A DNA stretch of 64,000 nt from Amphiscolops sp. MND2022 (taxonomy: Eukaryota), in contig OZ076409.1 of NCBI GenBank assembly GCA_964187785.1, positions 98,830,001 through 98,894,000 of the forward strand. Reading direction: 5' to 3'. Of this stretch, positions 60,301 through 64,000 are shown piece after piece (within the stretch, counting starts at the first letter, position 1; each line of letters begins with the position of its first letter). The position numbers and the translations under genes were made by a program. The notes under the pieces were generated by a model, which was not told the DNA's origin, made no database searches, and worked only from the letters and a program-made list of their open reading frames with translations.

Positions 60301-63300
60301 GCTTTAACATCAATCATCAGGAGCCCACCGGTGAAGCGCGTATAGATGAGCGTGCGTCGCTCGTGGTCTCTTTCGTGGTGCCTCATGCAGCACCTATCCC
60401 GCTGCGAGGACTGGTGGACACTGGCTCGGGCGTCTCCATACTGACGTTTTCCGCCTTTAACAGAGTGGCAGCTCGAACTGGAACGGTCCTTAAACCCTAC
60501 CAAGTTGACCTGTACGCAGCCAACGGGAAGACAATAAAGACCTACGGCCTCGCAGAACATATCCATTTCCAGCTGGGAGGATACGAACTTGAAACGAACT
60601 TTGTGGTGGTAGATGACGCAATGGGTGTGGAAGACTTCCTACTTGGCCGGAACTTTCTTCGCTCCTACCAGGTGTTAGTGGATCTAACATCTATGAAGAT
60701 TGTGGTGCGAGCACCAGTGAAGCCTGTGTGGCATCATGCTCACGCACAGGTAGGTGACACTTCAATAGCTACTCCAGTCGTTTTGGACAGTGACTTGGTC
60801 CTGCAACCTTTCGAACGAGCGGTGGCTAGAGCCAAGCTCGTCACCAATGCACTAGAGCCGCTGATTTTTCAAAGTGTAGCGCTCAATGCCTCTTTGTCTG
60901 ACACTACGTTGCACAATGTCGTCTTTTTAGAGGACAGCGTGGCCACTGTCAGCCTGATAAATCTCACCAGCAACCCTCAACGCATGCGGTGTGGTGTACA
61001 ACTGGGCACCGTAGTACCCATAACGGTAGTATACCAAGCAGTACCTCAATGTTTGGACTCTCCCACTACAACCCGCACAAAAACTGACGCCGACGACAGT
61101 CGTGCAAATTTTGTTCATAAAATTTATAGTGAAGTGAATCTGTCCACTGCTTCTGAGTTAACCTCTTCTTCAGAATTTGAGTTTTTGTCCTCAACTGACC
61201 CTAGCGAGGCAGGACTATCGGAGCGCGAAATTCGCAAGCGAACAGACCCAGAGCTAATGGCTCCGATTCCTGGGCCAGAATCTCAGCTAAAGGCGGTCAA
61301 GGATTTATGGGGCGCTAGCGCCTGCGAGTCTCTCCGTAACCTCCTCGATGAATTCGATGAGCTATTCATGAAACACAAAGCTGACATCGGTCGGTGCACT
61401 ATCGCTAAGCACACCGTGGAGGTGGAACCAGGGGCTGTACCGCATCGCGAAGGTGCTCGCCGGATGTCCCCTGAGAAGGCCGAACGTGCCAATCAGGAGG
61501 TGCGGACCTCTTAGCTCTGGGAATGATACAGCCCTCGCTGTCCCCTTGGGCGAGCGGCATTGTAATGGTGAAAAAGAAAAACGGGGAGTTGCGCTTTTGC
61601 TGCGACTTCCGCCCGTTAAATGAGGTAACCATTAAGGATGCCTATCCCTTGCCCCGTATTGATGAAAGCCTGGCACGGCTAGGCAAGGCGAAGATTTATA
61701 CCAGCATAGACCTTGCTTGGGCCTTTTGGCAAATTCCTGTGCGGAAGGCGGATCGCCACAAAACCGCTTTTGCTTGTGAACTAGGACTTTTTGAGTGGCG
61801 GCGAATGCCATTTGGTATGTGCAATGCATCTGCCACGTTTCAGCGGTCAATAGCGCGTGCGCTAAGGAATATTGTCAATCGTGAGGGCAGCATGGTCATG
61901 GCCTACATTGATGATATCGTGATCGCCACAGAGACTGTGGAAGACCATATGGTACGCCTACGTGAAGTCTTTGAATGCCTCCCTGAAGCCGGTTTCAAAA
62001 TGCGCGTGTCCAAATGCGATTTCATGAAATCGGAGATCAAGTATTTGGGACGAGTGGTTTCCGCAGAAGGAGTGAAGCCCGACCCGAAAGCCGTCGTCAA
62101 GTTGCGCGATTGGAAAATTCCCCGTAACAAGACGGAGATGCAGAGTTTCCTTGGATTCGCCAACTATTATCGCGAATTCATCCCTTGGCACGCTAAGCTG
62201 GTTGCACCCCTGCACGCCGTCACTGGACTGAATGCCACCTTCGCCTGGGGTCCTGAGCAACAAACCGCATTCAATGAGATCAAAAAAGCCCTGATCGAGG
62301 CAACTGCGCTCGCGCAGCCTGATTCCGAAGGAGAGTTTGTGTTGGACACCGACGCTAGTGCTGTCGCCATTTCGGGTATCCTGCACCAATGGCAAGGTCC
62401 TCCGGGTGAACGACGCCTGAGACCGATAGTTTACGGTAGCAAGAAGCTCACTACCACGCAAGCTAAATACGGAGCTCCCAAACTTGAAATGTTCGCCGCC
62501 TACTATTTCATAGTGAAAAACCACAGCTATTTATGTCCCCGGAAATTCACCCTGCGGGTGGACAACCAAGCCTTGTCCTGGTTGAAAACCTACTCCACGG
62601 ATCAAGCGCTAATCGGCCGATGGATTATGACCCTGGAGAAGTATCACTTTCGCGTGGAACACCGCCCAAGAACTCAACATCGAAACGCCGATGGATTGAG
62701 CAAGCGAACCAACGAGTATCGATGCCGAGAGAAACAGCTTGCACAGCAGCCAGCCGCGGGCGAACGCTGGAATTTCCTTTCAGCTGACGAATTTGATAAA
62801 CTACCTGTTGCCCCATGGTTCGACCTTCAGGGTCGAGTCATCCCGAATCATCCCGAACTACCTGCGCACCTGCAGAACTTGGAGCCTAAGGCTCCCAACC
62901 AATTGCTACGCGTGCTTCGCCGCACCAAACGAGCGAGCAGGAGGGACAGACGAGCAAAAGCATTCGCAGCCCCCTTGCCGCCTCCGCCTTCCCTTGCTCT
63001 GCAACCGCACGAGGATGCCTATCCAGACTACCCTGAGGACTGGATCGATGTCACTGATGAAGCACGCGAAGATTATCTATTGCCGACGCATGCCGTAAAT
63101 GTACCCTCACGTACCGTCTATGCCATTGCTGGGGCGAATCCTGTTGCGCTGCAAGGTACTCCCTCGGGTGTACGCGACTCAATTATGGCTCTTAAAGACA
63201 TCAGCACTGAACTTCATGAACATGCTCACACCGTGCATGGTATCAAAGATTTGATTCTAGCCCAAACCCGTGATGTTCATGTGCTAGCACTCAAAAAGTT

Positions 63301-64000
63301 GGTGCTAAACGAACCCATCGATCATGACGTGTTTCCCGAGAACGTGCGTGAGTTCGCACGCAACTACTACCGTCAGAAGAAAACTCTGCTGTTTATTAAC
63401 AAGAATGGTGTGCTTTGCGTACGATACCCTCCCAACCAACGTCCCCTGCACGAACGTCCGTGCATGATCGTCATGCCTCAACTGTACCAGCATGAGATTT
63501 TATTCCGCGCGCATGACGCCATGGGACATCAAGGTATCTCCAAAGTGGTGGCTCGGATTCAAGAACGTCACACATGGCCTGGTATTCGACGCAGCGTGGG
63601 CCGTTACGTTGGCCAATGCCTCACCTGTCAACAAGTTCGAGATAAGCCTGGTGACGTCCGATTCCACCTAAAGAACATCCAGAGCGGGTACTTCAACGAA
63701 TTGGTCCAATATGATCATCTGAAGATCTGCCCCTCAGACAGTAATAACACTGGCATCTTGGTCATAATTGACCATTTCTCCAAGTTCGCGGAAGCAGTGC
63801 CCTGTAGTCATCACGACTACGACGCTGTGACTACCTCTCGGTTGCTGCTGCAAAAGTGGTTCGCCCGTCATGGCACACCCACTAGAATGCAGTCTGACAA
63901 TGCTCCGAATTTGACTGCTGAGGTGTCCAACGAATTCCTAAAAGCAGCCCACGTTACCAAAGTAACCTCTACGGCTAGCCATCCGAGAACCCAAGGCTTG
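57324..64000 (+). pseudogene. gag-pol: Single-frame gag-pol of element C (one stop, one frameshift; 3' end outside the window)
   Basis: ORFs 57183 and 58965 share a frame across TAG 58962; coiled-coil N-terminus, capsid-like region, CFHCGQNGHFAREC, LVDTGSG; 1-bp deletion vs A at ~61506; then RT YIDD, RNase H and integrase to the window edge. Confidence 0.92.

Larger units (their letters stand above)
53903..64000 (+). mobile_element. Element C: Gypsy LTR retrotransposon of the A family, running off the window
   Basis: LTR 53903-54616, PBS, ~2.7-kb leader collinear with A, and gag-pol clearly homologous to A pol. Confidence 0.95.

Overview
AT-rich eukaryotic (animal-like) DNA made almost entirely of transposable elements; I could not support a host gene. 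There are four Ty3/Gypsy-type LTR retrotransposon insertions from two lineages. Lineage 1 (~0.7-0.8 kb TGTAAC..GTTACA LTRs, tRNA-Arg-like PBS): element A (5306-20618, gag deleted), element C (53903 to window end) and solo LTRs. In A, Pol continues past integrase into an AT-hook, a Cys cluster and two TARG1/OARD1-like macrodomains. A ~1425-codon ORF3 with a degenerate SGNH-like domain sits in the env position. This lineage appears to make 3-bp TSDs. Lineage 2 (long LTRs that encode the start of gag, tRNA-Leu-like PBS, no polypurine tract, 5-bp TSDs): element B (30811-47161) and a short non-autonomous element D (24915-29878, minus strand). The main finding is in B, between pol and the 3' LTR: an antisense gene of at least 7 exons with six phase-consistent GT-AG introns, encoding a ~1070-aa hAT-transposase-like protein that appears to have lost its catalytic aspartates. 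It is divergently paired with an acidic, SIM-like-motif ORF that runs into the 3' LTR. Also present: a decayed CRE-like non-LTR element, a tRNA-derived SINE, HINE-like dispersed repeats and tandem repeats. All domain calls are by eye from recalled motifs, not from database searches.
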